DNA of 64,000 bases from Camelus ferus (GCF_009834535.1 NC_045704.1:59086001-59150000); one strand, 5' to 3'; positions 33,248 to 46,713 are shown, numbered from the stretch's first letter. Numbers and translations: made by a program. Notes: generated by a model from the sequence alone, not told the origin.

Positions 33248-33383
33248 CTTTAAAGTGTCAACATAGAAAATTTTCACAGTGCAGTCCAACAAAGACACAG
33301 CCAGCAGCTTCTGATTGGGAGAGTAACGGACACACAGAACTTCTTCATCTAGTTGCAAGGTCCGGGTCTGCTTCACAGAAAGC
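33248..33383 (-). CDS. WDR3: WDR3 exon 15: LSVKQTRTLQLDEEVLCVRYSPNQKLLAVSLLDCTVKIFYVDTLK
   Basis: 136 nt, GCTAG/GTACAA. Confidence 0.96.
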
Positions 33384-33549
33384 CTAGCATCACAGAAAGT
33401 ACCGAGGAAAAATAATGAGTCCTCTACAAAGGCAGACAAACATTCTAAAAACCCTCTGGAGCTCAACGGAAACATACATCTCAAAAGCCCATTCAGTGGT
33501 TCCGTTTTTCACTCCAAAAAATGGTCACAAATAAAAAATGTCTACTCAC

Positions 33550-33635
33550 CTCTTCTGGGTACTGTTTTCATCTTTCACCAATTCAAAATCCCAGAACTTG
33601 ACAGATTTATCAGCCCCACCTGTCACAAAGCCACG
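33550..33635 (-). CDS. WDR3: WDR3 exon 14: RGFVTGGADKSVKFWDFELVKDENSTQK
   Basis: 86 nt, TTCAG/GTGAGT. Confidence 0.96.
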
Positions 33636-35060
33636 CTGAAAATCAAATGACATTTCAGTTAAAAAAAATCTTAGTATAGAAACTTTGATAAGAAGACACA
33701 TCAAAACAGTGCAAAAGACCATTTTTATTTAATGGCATGGGATAAGAATTAAGAAAAATGTGGTTTCTCCCTAACCCCTTTCCTTGTTCTTTGGGGGCTG
33801 CTGCCACAGATCTGTTTGAAAATTACCAGCAGAGACAAATGTAGTCAGATGATGACCAAGGTCCTAGTTACACTTTTATTCAGCGTCAGGAATGAAGACC
33901 CAATGGACACCATGGGTTATTTTTACTCCACATAAGAAGGCAACAATCAAAATAATTTGCTGTGAAGTATTAAAATCGTTCGACAAGTACACATAGACTG
34001 GATAAGCTAGATAAGTTTATTCAAAGTTACTTACCTTAGAATGGCATATAAACTTATTCCTGCAAGTCCCTGCTTAAATATGCTCAGAACTGTTTTCCAG
34101 TATCAAGAAAATTGGTCTTATCACACTGGAGTGTTAGTATAAAGTACAGAGGACATGGAGTCAGAAAATTAGATCTCAAGTGTCTAGTCTGCCATTTCAG
34201 AGATTTGTAACATCAGAGAAAGGCCTTATAATGACCCTTAGTGCTGTTTCTCTGATAAAGACTACCTAGTTTATAAAACCACTGTAAAAATACTAATAAA
34301 TGACATCATGGATGTGAAAACACTTTGGAAAAGAGAACATTCTACAAATGCAAGGTGTTAGTAGTACTTAAATTTAAATGTTAAATGCTGTTTCATTTCT
34401 GACCCCAAATGGCATTACCTAGTCTAAATTCCAGATTCCTTTCCCCGGCGCCCCCCCCCCCCCAAATACCTACTTCTAATGAACAAAGGTTTGTCACCAT
34501 TGGGAATATTCAAATAAATGGGCCACAATCTCTTAAAGTACCATCTAAAAATATCTCACACTGTTCTGAGCAACAGCACCATCCCTGAGTAAGTACGCAG
34601 TTCTTCCAGCGTGACTCCTTTGAAGGGAAACACACTGCTGCTGACTTGGAAAGGCTCACGTATTTACTAAACATCTCTAGACTTATACAGTCATGGATTG
34701 TGGATGAAAAGGGGAGAAGAAAAGTCTACTCGACCCTCTGCATTATGATGCCCAAGAAAATATTTCCTTTTAAGGAGTATCACAAACACTGGTAAAAAGT
34801 CACGAGGGTGAGCAACGTGAGGCCGTGCAGCTGATGACCGAGAGCAGCTGAACCAGAAGTTCAAGTCAAAATGACAGCTACTCATACCATCAGGCACAGG
34901 CCAGGGAGCCAGATGTAATGTCTGAAGATCAGACCAAAAGCAAGCTTTTTATAAAGGAATCTGAGAGAAGTCTCTGTCAGGCAGCAGCAGAACCCCATAT
35001 AAGACACAGGAAGTGCAGCCAGGGTGCTGGAGTCCAGACCCTGACTCCTGGTGTAGTTAC

Positions 35061-35162
35061 CTGATCCGGAGAGAGAGACAGGGACCATAAAGCGCCATCA
35101 TGTGCATCGATTGTCTCCAGCAGGTTTCCTGAGGCCAAGTCATAAAGCTGCAGCTTTCCTGT
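35061..35162 (-). CDS. WDR3: WDR3 exon 13: TGKLQLYDLASGNLLETIDAHDGALWSLSLSPDQ
   Basis: 102 nt, CGTAG/GTAACT. Confidence 0.96.
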
Positions 35163-37056
35163 CTACGGAAGATGCAAAATGAGATCAGCACACCCACAGC
35201 CTCCACGATGCACATCTACACGGGTTAGAAGAGATTTCATAGCCCAGCAGCGACAACATGGCCCATTGCTCAGGAAATGGCTCCCACATTCCATGCTCTA
35301 TACTTCCCACGTGAATAAACGTCAAATCCCCTGCTGACGTGTTGCGTTAACCTTGCCAGGGTTGCTGTGCTGTACCACCATGGAACAGTACCACCTCGTG
35401 GTACTGGACTCTTGCCAGTACTTTCACTGGTTCCCCAACTTCAAAAGGGAAATATGGCCACGGGCTATATCAGAATCAACATAACAGCACATGGGAAACT
35501 TAAAAACCCTTAAAACGTAATCCTTTAAGTAGACTATCCTCTACAATACAGTTGGCTTAACCAATTCTTCTCCATCTGGCTTTGGTTTCTTCCTCTACAA
35601 TACATTGACAATGAGAAAGAGAAATCTCCCCACCATGCTAGGGAGGGCAGTCAACTTAAAAAAAAAAAAAATGCAGTAGCTGAGAAAACCATCAGCCAAG
35701 CTTCCCATTTAGAACGCTGTATATGCTGTGGTCATGGTGCCGGCACAGAACACACAGCGGCAAAGCCCGCCCTGTGATGAGCTCGTGCACGTGTGTGGGA
35801 AGAGAGCACGATGAAGAGTCTCAGGGCTGCCTCTCTGCGACTCTTGGTAAACTTGTCCCCACGAGCCTGTTTTTCCATTTGTAAAACAGAGTTTATATCA
35901 CCAACCTCTCCAGCGGTTGTGTGGGGATTAAACGAGATAACGTACGGTAACTGCCCAGCAGAGAGAGCAGGCTGGGGACTGGACCTGAGTTGGACAGTCT
36001 GGGAAGCAATCTGCAGTGTCTTCCCGATAGCAAACCGTGGATGGACATTTGTTGAAAGAGTGAATAAAAAATGAGGGAAACTTTTAACTGAAATTTCATG
36101 CTCTTTCCCTGACACTGACCCTAAAATTTCTCCAGCTTATTTTATGCTTTTTGCCAAGCAAAAAACATCCATTATGATAACATAGGTTTCCTAACAAAAT
36201 AATCATGCACATATGGCATTGGTTTAGGGGGATAATAATGACAAATACTTGCAAAGCACTTTTCCAAACATTCCATAGACCTCATTCCATTTTATTCCCG
36301 CTACTCCTCCTACTGCTACTTCTGCTAACCAGCTCTTATTAGCTATATGCTGAGGTTACTGACTTCTGTTTACATGAAAAAATCAAGGCTTACAGGGTTA
36401 AGTAACTTTCCCAGATGTCTCATAGCTAGGAAGTGGAAGAGCTGGGATTCAAACCTAGGCCCATCTGGGGCAGGAGCCTCTGTCAAAAATCAAGTGTCAT
36501 CATCCTATTATGCAGAGAAGGTATCACACTAAAGAAGTTACGTGACTTGCTCGAAATTACCCATTTTAAAGGGGGAAAACCTGAATCCAGATCCATGTCT
36601 GCTCATTCCCTCATGGTAATCTCCCAACCGGAGTAGCAGCCGAGCACTTGGTCACTCAGTCTGTCTTTACTGAATGCTTCCATCTGCCAAGCATGATGCA
36701 CGTACTTAATGTATTTTATCACTAGTCTTCTCACAACACAATTACGTATGTGCATATAAAAAGATGCATGAAAGAGGTTGATCAACAAAATGTTAATGAC
36801 AATTATCTCAGGGTCATGATTTTAATTTCCTTCCTCACAATTTAACATAAGTTTTGATTTAAAAACAACAACAACAACAAAACAAAGAAAAGAAACTTAA
36901 AAAGTAAACCTCAAAAAAGGGCAGTGAACTAACACCCTCTCATATTATCCGGCTCTAATACATTTCCCAGATGATAAAAAAGGAAGCAGACTTCTCAAAC
37001 AGCTTTAAGAATACTGAGTAGAGAAGTCCCCCAAATCCAAGAAAAAGTCTGTTTAC

Positions 37057-37150
37057 CTTTGTTCCTATGACCACCTGCCGATCACCAGGTACAAAGAATG
37101 AGCAGAGCGCATACTCGCATGTCATTGTGCGGATACACTGCAGGGTAGAC
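37057..37150 (-). CDS. WDR3: WDR3 exon 12: STLQCIRTMTCEYALCSFFVPGDRQVVIGTK
   Basis: 94 nt, CCCAG/GTAAAC. Confidence 0.96.
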
Positions 37151-37339
37151 CTGGGAGAAAGAAAGAACAAAGGAAGAGCTCACGTGTCAGAAGGACCTGC
37201 TTGTCCACCTGAGAGGTCAGCAGGTACGTTCAGTGCACACTTAGCCACACAGAGCGATCAACATGGAGACAAACCCTTTGAATAACCCTTGACTTCTAGT
37301 CAAGGGAGAAAATATTAAATGGCACCTGACTTTGTTTTC

Positions 37340-37935
37340 GCTTTTTTTTTTTTTAATCAAAGTATGGCTGATTTACAATGTTGTGATAGTTTCTGGCGTA
37401 CAGCAAAGTGATTTAGTTATACATGTATACATTCTTTTTCATATTCTTTTCCATTATGGTTTATTACAGGATATTGAATATAGTTCCCTGTGCTATACAG
37501 TAGGACCCTGTTTATCTATTTTATAAATGGTAGTGTGTATCTGCTAATGCCAAACTCCTAATTTATCCCTCCCCTACCTCCTTTCCGTTTTGGTAACCAT
37601 TTTTTATGTCTGTGAGTCTGTTTCTGTTTCATAAATAAGTTCACTTGTATCATATTTTATTTTTTAATAAGTTATTAATTTTTATTGATTTTTTAAAAAA
37701 TAAAACATTTTCTATTTTGTTATTTATTGGAAGGGAGGTAATTAGGTTTGTTTATTTAATGGAGGTTCTGGGGATTGAACCCAGGACCTCCTGCATGCTA
37801 AGCAGGTGCTCTCCTGATGAGCTATGCCCTCCTCCCCAATTTGTGTCATATTTTAGGATTCCACATATAAGTTATATCATATGATATCTGTCTTTTTCTT
37901 TCTGACTTCATTTCGTGTGATAATCTCTAGGTCTA
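37340..37935 (-). mobile_element. 5'-truncated L1 3' end interrupted by a SINE
   Basis: L1 3' UTR motifs on both sides of the SINE. Confidence 0.8.
37660..37840 (-). mobile_element. tRNA-derived SINE (Vic-1-like) with 15-bp TSD
   Basis: B box GGTTCAATCCC; TSD ttgtatcatatttta (37645-37659) / ttgtgtcatatttta (37841-37855). Confidence 0.85.
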
Positions 37936-38123
37936 ACTTTGTTTTCTTGGTTAGGGGCTCCCAATCCTAAGGAACAGATTCTACAAAAGCAGGGCTGGGA
38001 AAAGCATCTGCTGGGCTCAAGACAGCCTGACCCGCCACTATAAAAAAGTGAGCCCAGAGGACTGCAAGTCAAATTAGCGTATCATACCCCTGCAAATAAA
38101 GTTCATTTTATTAGACCATAAAC

Positions 38124-39790
38124 ACTCATCCATTCAACAAATATGTATCAAATGCCCACTTCATTCAACATTTTCTCAATGCCAGGCACTCTTCTAGGTG
38201 CTGGAGATATAACTGAATAAAACAGAAGAGGCCGACTCTCATAAAGCTTAACATCCTTTGGAAAAGAGACAGATACTGGAGTATCAGGTGACAGCAGGTG
38301 CTGTGGAGAAACCCAGCCCTGGGGGAGGGGATGAAGAGCGCAAGGCGGGAAAGGGATAGCAGGACTGTCATTTGATGGGATGACAGGGAGAAAGCCCATA
38401 GCCGAATGGAGAAGAAGGTTCCAGGCAGAAAGGAGAGAGAGCACAAGAGCCACGACACAGGCACGTTCTTGTCGTGTTTAAGGGGTAACAGAAAGGCGAG
38501 TGCGGCTCCAGTGGAGCAGCAGGGAAGGGAAGTAAGAAGTAAGAGAACAAGGTCTGTAAGGACTCTGGCTTCTAGTCCGCATGAGACAGAACTACTGGAA
38601 GTGCTGTAACTTCCAGGATAAAAAGCTTACACTGGCTGCTGTGCTGAGAACAGACAGCAGAGGGGCAAGTAAGGAAGCATGGACACCGGACAGGAAGTTC
38701 CTACAACAATCCAGATGAGAGTGATGGTCTGGACCGGGTCGTGGCAGGGCAGGTGATGAGTTGTGGCTGAATTCCAGTTAGTTTCAAAGGTAGAGATGAC
38801 AGGATTTGCTAAAGAACCGGACGTGGGAAATAAAAGAGAATCAAGAATGGCTACAAGGTTCTGGGCTGGCACAACCGCAGGAAGCAATCATGTACTAAGA
38901 TGGGGAGGTGTGTCTGTAGGAACAGCAGGTGGGGAGACCCAGAGAAATGAAGATCACAAGTACGGTCCAGACACATAAAGGTCTGAGATGCCTAATTAGA
39001 CATCCAAGGGGTGATACAAAGGATCTGGAAATACGAGTCTGCTGTTCGGGGAGAGGCTAGGACCAGGGATATAAATTTATGTGTCACCAGAATAGAGAAA
39101 GCCACCTGACTAGAGGTCACAGAAAGTGAGACTGCCCTGAAGCGCCCCAGCATTCAGGGGTCAGCAAAGTTAAAAAGGATCTGAGAAAAAACAGCTGGAA
39201 GAGGAAGTCATTAAAGGTCAAAGAAAAGTGTTTCAAAGAGGAGACGTTATCAATCCAAGGAGAGCATCAAATGAAGCTTACAGGTCACTGGATTTAGAAA
39301 CATGCAGACCACTGACGAGATGACGGGAGCTGTCGTGGGGAAGTGGTGGGGGTAAATGTCTGACGGGAGACGGAGGAAGACAGCCTGGAGAAAACAAATC
39401 AGAGGAGGGGGAGCTAACCAGAGAGAGGAGGATGAGACAGGGTTACTGTTCTCTTTCAGACGGGAGATATTACAGCGTATCTGTATGCCGATGGGAAAGA
39501 TCCAGCAGAGAGGGAGGAAAACTGCTAGAAGGAAAGAGAAGAAATAGAAGCCATGATGGACTTTTGTTTAGGGGCACCAGCGTCACAGGAGGAAAGACAG
39601 ATTATGTGGATACAGATGCTAAACTGGCATATGTTATAGGAACATCTGAATGGTTTTTAGATGATTCCATTTCTTGAGTGAACTAGAAAGCAAAGTCATC
39701 AGCTTAAAGAGGCTAGAGGTGTGTGAGGTGTGAGGAGAGAGAAGGTGTGAAAAGCATCCAGGCCAGTGACGAATGAGAAGCCATGGTAAG
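38124..39790 (-). mobile_element. Long degraded L2 LINE in WDR3 intron 11
   Basis: catccattcaacaaatatgtat (L2 3' end, reverse) followed by purine-rich L2 body. Confidence 0.7.
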
Positions 39791-40100
39791 ATTACTGGAC
39801 AGCACTGGGAGCCTATGTGAATTGAGAGCAGGCAGCGTATTTGTGTTTTTCTCTGGCTGAGAATAGCTATAAGCTTCAGACATGGAATAAACTTGCATTT
39901 TTTTGCACCAAATGTGAAAAGGCCTTTTTTTCCTACTCTAAACTCCACAGGCCTATGGTCAAAATGTGCTGAAGTTACATTTTGAGAGAACTGTATTTAG
40001 GGCCCCAAGAAACTAACAGCTAACCATCAAGAGTACTAAAAACTAACTGAAAGGGAAGAAAACACTGCTGGGTAAAGCTACAGAGCATCATTTCACCAAC

Positions 40101-40331
40101 CTGTTCCATATCTTAACGGAATCGGCTGCTGCTGAAAGGACAGCGATGTTGTCCGAGCTGAACGACAAAGTCCGCACGTCACTGCGATGACCCCCGATGG
40201 TGATTCTGTTCGTCCTGACAGGCTGAGGCGCTGGCACGGACGGGCTCAGTGAATATAATTCCACCAAGTTGTTCTGCAGCAGGAAGACAGCCTTTAACTC
40301 GCCTTGAGGCGAGAGAATCAAATCAAAGGAC
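40101..40331 (-). CDS. WDR3: WDR3 exon 11: SFDLILSPQGELKAVFLLQNN...DSVKIWNR
   Basis: 231 nt, TGCAG/GTTGGT. Confidence 0.96.
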
Positions 40332-40798
40332 CTGCATGAGAAGACACACGTAAATGTAGCAACCATCTTCGCTCTCAAGGGCAGCTTTTTCTGGGAGACA
40401 GGCCTTGCAATGCCTTCCATCTACACCAAGTCTGAGCAATTATGAAGGATTTTACAAATCAGAGTGCTCTGAATATTGGACAGCAGTCAGGTACAGGATC
40501 TTAAGACAAAGAAACCTGGGCTCAGATAGTGGAACTGAGCTGCTCTGGTGTGTGTACTTTTTAATAAGGGACCTCAAATCCTTTTAGAACATGGGTGCAC
40601 ATTTTTCCTTTTAATCGGCAGCAGGAAAGAACTGTATGAGATGAGTGAACCCATGGTGAGGGGGGAGCTGAGTGAGTCCCACAATCACTGTCTCCGAACA
40701 GATAATTCGTAGACACTGCTTACAAATAGCATGAAAAAGCCAAAACAACTTTGTAGCTTCCTATTTCTATAACACTTCAGATACTATATTTTACTCAC

Positions 40799-40906
40799 TT
40801 GATTTTGGCAGAAGTTTTGATATTAGTCACCCGCTGGATCTCATCTTGCAGAGTCATTTCAACACTGACTTCAAGGTCTTCCTCCTCACCTTTGCAAGAA
40901 TTTCCT
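40799..40906 (-). CDS. WDR3: WDR3 exon 10: GNSCKGEEEDLEVSVEMTLQDEIQRVTNIKTSAKIK
   Basis: 108 nt, CCTAG/GTGAGT. Confidence 0.94.
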
Positions 40907-40915
40907 CTAGGGGGC

Positions 40916-40945
<30 letters not shown>
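40916..40945. repeat. (AAAAC)n pentanucleotide repeat just upstream of the WDR3 exon 10 acceptor
   Basis: Read directly; reads (GTTTT)n in the WDR3 pre-mRNA. Confidence 0.85.
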
Positions 40946-40946
<1 letters not shown>

Positions 40947-41354
40947 AAACACTATCACGCTGTTACTGCTCTTCTAGAAGCAGCTTTGCTATTACTAGTA
41001 CTTGAGTCAAGTTCTGGTCTAAAACCAACAACCTATGTGAACCTGGGAGAGTCACTTAACCACACAGGATTACCATCGGAATGAAACAATGCAGTGTGTA
41101 GAAATGCTTTGTGAACCAGAATGCAATCAATGTAAAGCATTATTCCATCTGATGAGTACCCTCAATAAATGGATTCTGAATGCAACAGCCCATGAAATTC
41201 CCTGGGACAAGTCTTTATCATTCAGATTACTCCACAGGAGTGTTTCTGGTAAACTTCTCTAACTTCAGAACTTTTTAGAAAATCCATTAACCTGCACTTA
41301 TCAATCCAACCATGTCAAAAAAAAACCAGAGGTCTTAGAAGATTTGCCTTGGCA

Positions 41355-41378
41355 AAAAAAAAAAAAAAAAAAAAAAAA
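41355..41378. repeat. Poly(A) mononucleotide run
   Basis: Read directly. Confidence 0.85.
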
Positions 41379-41846
41379 TCAGATGACTATTTCTTTTGAG
41401 ACTTGGTAAATTTCAACCACTGAGAAACTGATTTCCGTAATTATAATGACTTATTTTAAGGCTGTATTTCCCCCAAACTTCAGTAACTGTCCAACCAGTC
41501 TTCCTTCTCACAGCCCCAAAGGTCAGCTTCCTGCTGTATAGGCTGCTGTCACTGAAGACACATTGCTAGCCTCTGCGAATTAAGTCACTTAGAAGCCATT
41601 TTTTAAATATCTGTACTGTCTTTCTGGTCCTGTATGGCTCTGAGTGCAAGGCTCAGGAATACGTTACCTGTACTAAAAAGTAGAAATTAAAAACTTGGAT
41701 AATGGCACGCCACAAAATCTTCTCTAGCTTTTAACGGTTATTGGAAACAGAGTACATAATCCCTTAGAGAAGCCATGGTTTTTCTACCAGTTTTTATATG
41801 GCCCACCCAGGCTACTTCACTAGTAGTAAATATCACGAAAACACAC

Positions 41847-41944
41847 TTTGCTTTCTTTCTAGCTTTCTTCATCTTCTTGTCCATTTTCTTCTGAATTTCC
41901 TCTTTGGAAAGGATACGAAATACTTCTAGCACAGAATCGGTTCC
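41847..41944 (-). CDS. WDR3: WDR3 exon 9: GTDSVLEVFRILSKEEIQKKMDKKMKKARKKAK
   Basis: 98 nt, TCTAG/GTGTGT (weak donor). Confidence 0.94.
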
Positions 41945-42397
41945 CTAGAAAGGCAAAAGATTGATGTGAGTCCAGGAGAGGCAATTTGTAATTTAGCTTT
42001 TCCTCAGTAAAAACAAATCAATAATGTTTCTTTTTCTTCCCTTACTAGTTGTATTACCATGAACACCTAAACCTCTCTGGGATTGCTGTCACATCTTTAA
42101 AGTGGGGATACACGACTTCCTGTACACAGCATTGATCTGAAGACTGAATAAGAAATTAATGCTTTTAAACTGCTTAGAAGAGCAGAGATTTAATAAATGT
42201 TTGCTAATAAGAACAATAATCATTAATTATTATCGTTGTTACGCTAACAGAAGCTAGGGAGTATTGGTGCACACAGTCCCATATAATGAATTCTTAACAG
42301 AATCAAAAATTCATCTCTACATGGAACGAAAGAGAAGAACAAGTCTCTGAAAGGAACAGCCTGGTCCTTGTTACTTTCTCCTAAAACTGGCACTCAC

Positions 42398-42499
42398 GTG
42401 GCAAGCAAGAATCCTGCCTGTCTTGTCGACTGCAAGGTTCACAACTCGGTCCCTTCCTTCCCGCATTATGGAACCAGCTTTTCTGCACGTAAGGATGCG
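42398..42499 (-). CDS. WDR3: WDR3 exon 8: RILTCRKAGSIMREGRDRVVNLAVDKTGRILACH
   Basis: 102 nt, TACAG/GTGAGT. Confidence 0.96.
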
Positions 42500-42654
42500 C
42501 TGTAGAAGCAAGAGAAAAGATGAAGATGGATAGTTATTTCTGCTGACCCCTGTGGAGACACGGTTCTAAAAAATGCAGGTAACAGTGATATTCCCTGAAA
42601 GGAACACTTTCCCACCACTCAACTCAACTGAAGATAAGAAACAAAATGAATTAC

Positions 42655-42768
42655 ATCCTCAGGAGCTTCCTCCATCTCAAGGGTACCGTCCTCTGCTTCA
42701 TGTGTGTCCTGTATTCCCGGGGAAGACTCTTTGATTTTCTTGGGCTCTGGTTCTTCTGGGTCTTCAAT
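42655..42768 (-). CDS. WDR3: WDR3 exon 7: IEDPEEPEPKKIKESSPGIQDTHEAEDGTLEMEEAPED
   Basis: 114 nt, AACAG/GTAATT, acidic linker. Confidence 0.95.
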
Positions 42769-43677
42769 CTGTTTTAGAAAAATGGGAAAATAAAAGCTGA
42801 AATAATGTGCTCCAGAAGGTGACTCCTAACCCTAATGACTTAGAAACCTGTCCTTATGGCCACTGATAACTTCTATTTGTGATCTCTCTGATCAAACCTC
42901 TTCAGTGGCAGCACATTCACCAGAATATATTAAAAATTGACTCCATCAAGTGCAAGCAGGACATTATTCATTACACTAGCTCCAAAAACTTTCCATAGTA
43001 TAAGGACTATTGTAACAAGGTGAAAAAGTGATGACCCCCATTAACTTTAAAACCTTCTCAGGTGAACCTACCATGTTCTAGAGGGAAAGATTCAAATGGG
43101 CATCAGAATGGCAAAGGCATTGCATGAGAGGCTACATTTTTCTCCTTAAGTAAAGAAAAGATAAACCCTGGCCTACTAACGTAGAACTCATCAAAATGCC
43201 TACTGGACGCAACTCCGCACACCTAACTCCAGCTAAACCTAAGGTCTATTACCCTTTTTTCCACAGAAAATCTTTTAAGGATCTGAGAAAAAGTTATAGA
43301 TCTTCTCAGAATATACATATTTATATAAACGTGCACAAGTTTTATGTAAGATTTTTGTTTGAGGAAGAGGGATACAGATATTCCCAAGTCCATCCATGGA
43401 CACCCAAAGGTCACGGAATATGAGGCAGAGAGCCCTATGAACTAAAACACGAGCACTACCAGAAGCTGCGAGCCTAAAGCTATCCTTCCACGTGCAAATG
43501 AGGGCAATGGAGCAAAGAACGAAGGAAAAAACTGTTTAGAAATCGTAGGTTATTAGTGAAGGGAAAATCCCTTCCGGTACTACAGGAAGGACTCACTAAT
43601 TACATCTGATTCTAAATTCAACGAGCCTGTGAAACTGCTAAAACATGGCACTGCCATGACCAGGAAAAAGTAATTAC

Positions 43678-43773
43678 CTCCTGCAGGTAAGCTATGTCCC
43701 AAGCCCTCAGCTCACTGTCGGAGGCCCCCGTGATGAGTCGCTTTTCTTCGGACACCAGCACCAGCCCCCACAC
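43678..43773 (-). CDS. WDR3: WDR3 exon 6: VWGLVLVSEEKRLITGASDSELRAWDIAYLQE
   Basis: 96 nt, TGTAG/GTAATT. Confidence 0.96.
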
Positions 43774-44261
43774 CTACAGAGTGTAAAAGGAGTCAAATGA
43801 ACTTGACTGTTAATGGATTCCAGCATGCAGGACCTGACAGTCCAAAAGTTTACGTGTACTGTGGTGAACTCTTGTTGGCTTCTTGCAAAGTCTAATATTA
43901 AGGTAACCCTTTCAAAATACACTAAGAGAAAGCCCACTTTTAGTAGAACTTGTGCATATGTGACAGCCAGCAGTTCCTCTGTCGTCTCCTATCCGCAAAC
44001 TTAGATGACAGTTGTTCAGCATAAATCATAACTGGAAGCCCCTCCAGTGAGGATGTAAGTCTGATTCTTCTTTGCTTTCAGCAGCGCACTGCAAATAAAA
44101 GGTGCCCCATTCATGTCTATCAAACCATACTTTTTAGCCTCAAATATCCAAGAGCTAAGCAATGAAAACAATAGTTTTGCTGTAAATCAACACAGAACCT
44201 AATTTGCTTCTTCCTCTGTACTAATTCTAAGGCATGATACTCTCATATATCCTAGGGTATG

Positions 44262-44480
44262 TATGTATTTTTTTGAGTTATAATTCACACACAATATTCT
44301 ATTAGTTTCAGGCATACAACATAGTGATTCAATATTTTTATACATTGTGAAATGATCACAAGAGACCCGTTCCCGTCCGTATCATACAAAGGTGTTGCAG
44401 TATTATGTGTACATTACATCCCATGACTTATCTTATAGTTGGACATTTGTACCTCTTAATCCCCTTCCTTTTTGTTCCTC
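44262..44480 (-). mobile_element. L1MA-type 3' end fragment
   Basis: catacaacatagtgattcaatatttttatacattgtgaaatgatcac motif. Confidence 0.65.
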
Positions 44481-44944
44481 CCCTCAATGCCAGGCATGTG
44501 TTTTTGAAAGCCTGGTGTGAACAAAGCACAAAGGAGGATGCAAAGATGTAGAACGTTCCTTGATCTCTATGGAACAGATCTATGTTCAGGTAACTATCAT
44601 GATGGCTGTGATTTGCTGTTTACCTGTCATCAGGCCAGGCACTGTACACAGAGTTATCATTAAACTTCCCTACGATCATAAAGGTGGACACACAATTTAA
44701 AAGTGAGGAAACCCATATTCATGGGTTAAAAACTTATCAAAGGCCAATTTCTTACTAAATGCCAGAGCAGCACCATCTGCTCTGATGGTTGGCACTTCGT
44801 CCACCACACCAACTTCTTTCTCTCAAGACAGTAGACGATGATTTACTGTTAGCAGCAAAAACAGAGCCATGAAGGGGCAGAGAAGAAACCATCTTCCCTG
44901 TTCGCCTTGTCATTCTTTCCCTGGGCCCACCTCCCTACAGGTAC

Positions 44945-45023
44945 CTCAGTTCGGTGGCCAACTATTGTTCTGAAGCAGTGCTGGGTATCCAGGTCCCACC
45001 ATTTCACCATCGTATCTTTCCCA
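44945..45023 (-). CDS. WDR3: WDR3 exon 5: GKDTMVKWWDLDTQHCFRTIVGHRTE
   Basis: 79 nt, TTCCAG/GTACCT. Confidence 0.96.
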
Positions 45024-46594
45024 CTGGAAGAAGAAACAGGACAAAAAATCTTATTAGGAAGAATCACTAAACTAACAGGGAGATCAAGGACTCATCTGTT
45101 GCCTTAAAAAGGCAATATACAGCAGTGATGTCTAATGCTTCTATGGTACCTGACCCTTCTTTCAAAAAGTAAAGAATCCTAACTCTCCATGTGGGTCCTC
45201 TCAGGTAGACAATAAAGTGTTTAATCTGTAAGCACAAAAACAGCCTTGAGTTCAGAGTGCAGCAGCACACAGAACCGGATCTGTCGCCTGTCATTTCCAA
45301 GACCAGAGCATCAACCCTCTTTCATACTGTCTAGCACAGAAACATCTTAGATCTCGCCTGCTCCCTTGTCTCCCGTGTCCAGTCAGTCACTAGGTCCTGA
45401 AAATGCCTCCTCTGGGAAGTCTCTAAGTCTTGATTCCTTCCAGTCCGTTTCTGTACACAAACCTGAATTTAAATCCTATTGCCTGGGTTATTTTAGTAAT
45501 TTATCGGGTCTCTGTCTATTCCTGTTCCCACCAATACACTACAGTCAGACAGTCTCAATTTTCTAAGTCTGTGCTTGCTCAAGGTCTCTGAGATATGGAA
45601 ACCAGGCTCCTCAGCACCATTCCCCGAACCTCCCATTGTCTGGCTCTTCATCTCCCTGCCAGCGCGCTCCACTCTTCGTGCCTCAAATGCCCGTGCCCGG
45701 CTTCTCCACCAATATGAAATCCAGTACAATCCTGCTTCACGACAAAATTGGAAAAAAACCAAAAACCTGGCTTACAAAATCTTTTCTATATAATCTCACC
45801 TCAGGGTATTTTTGCTTCCCCTTATATTCCCTGAGCTGTAACGTGTGTATTTTCCAGCAGAGCCACTCCCTCACAGAGCGTGTTACCAGAACAAGGGACA
45901 CACACATGTCCCTGCGTCCTATCCCATGGGAACTAATCCACCACTGGTACAGCACTTGGTGCTGCTCCTTCACAGTCCCTTCCGGGTCATCACTACGGGG
46001 CTTCTAATTACTGCCCGGCACAACTTAGGATCCCAAGTTCTCCCGGGTGGCCATTCCTTAGGAATGATAACCATTAGATTGAATGATATGAAATTGCTGG
46101 TATCTGACCCATGATTTTCAACCCACACAACTGGAAACTTCAACTCGTTCAGCCTAACAGATGTTCAGAAGGCCTTGACATGGAGTATGCCTCTTCTCCA
46201 AAGGTAGGCTGAAACAAACATCAGGTGTTCACATCTCCCCACTGCTCTGTATTCTGCTTTTCCTGACTCTCTAGGGATCCAGAAAGTAAAGACAACTCAT
46301 TCTATAAAAGGTCTGTCAAAAGGTTAAGGAACATGAAAAAGCTGGTATCAGGGGAAAAAACTGACAAATCATACAAGAGAATTTAAAAAATGCTAAAATA
46401 CCTCTGGATAGTGTCGATGACACTGTTTGGGAGGGGAGGGAAGGAGAGCGAGCAGAGAGCAGCAGGCAAGCAGCACAGGAGCTTGAGCACAGGGGGGAGC
46501 AACGAGTAAGGAATGGAGCAAGTTCCCTCTCTGAAATCCTCCCCGATGAGTTCACCTGGAAAAAGAACTGGAAACGAAACTGTCATTTCTTTAC

Positions 46595-46713
46595 CTGGTA
46601 ACTAGCAGATTCTTTTCTCGCAGAAACAATGCCTGTGTGATGGCGTCCTTGTGCCCCTTCAGGCGGTAGAGACCACTTTCATTGATCACATCCCACACAA
46701 TAACATCTGTGTC
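46595..46713 (-). CDS. WDR3: WDR3 exon 4: [39 protein letters not shown]
   Basis: 119 nt, TTTAG/GTAAAG, frame continues. Confidence 0.96.
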
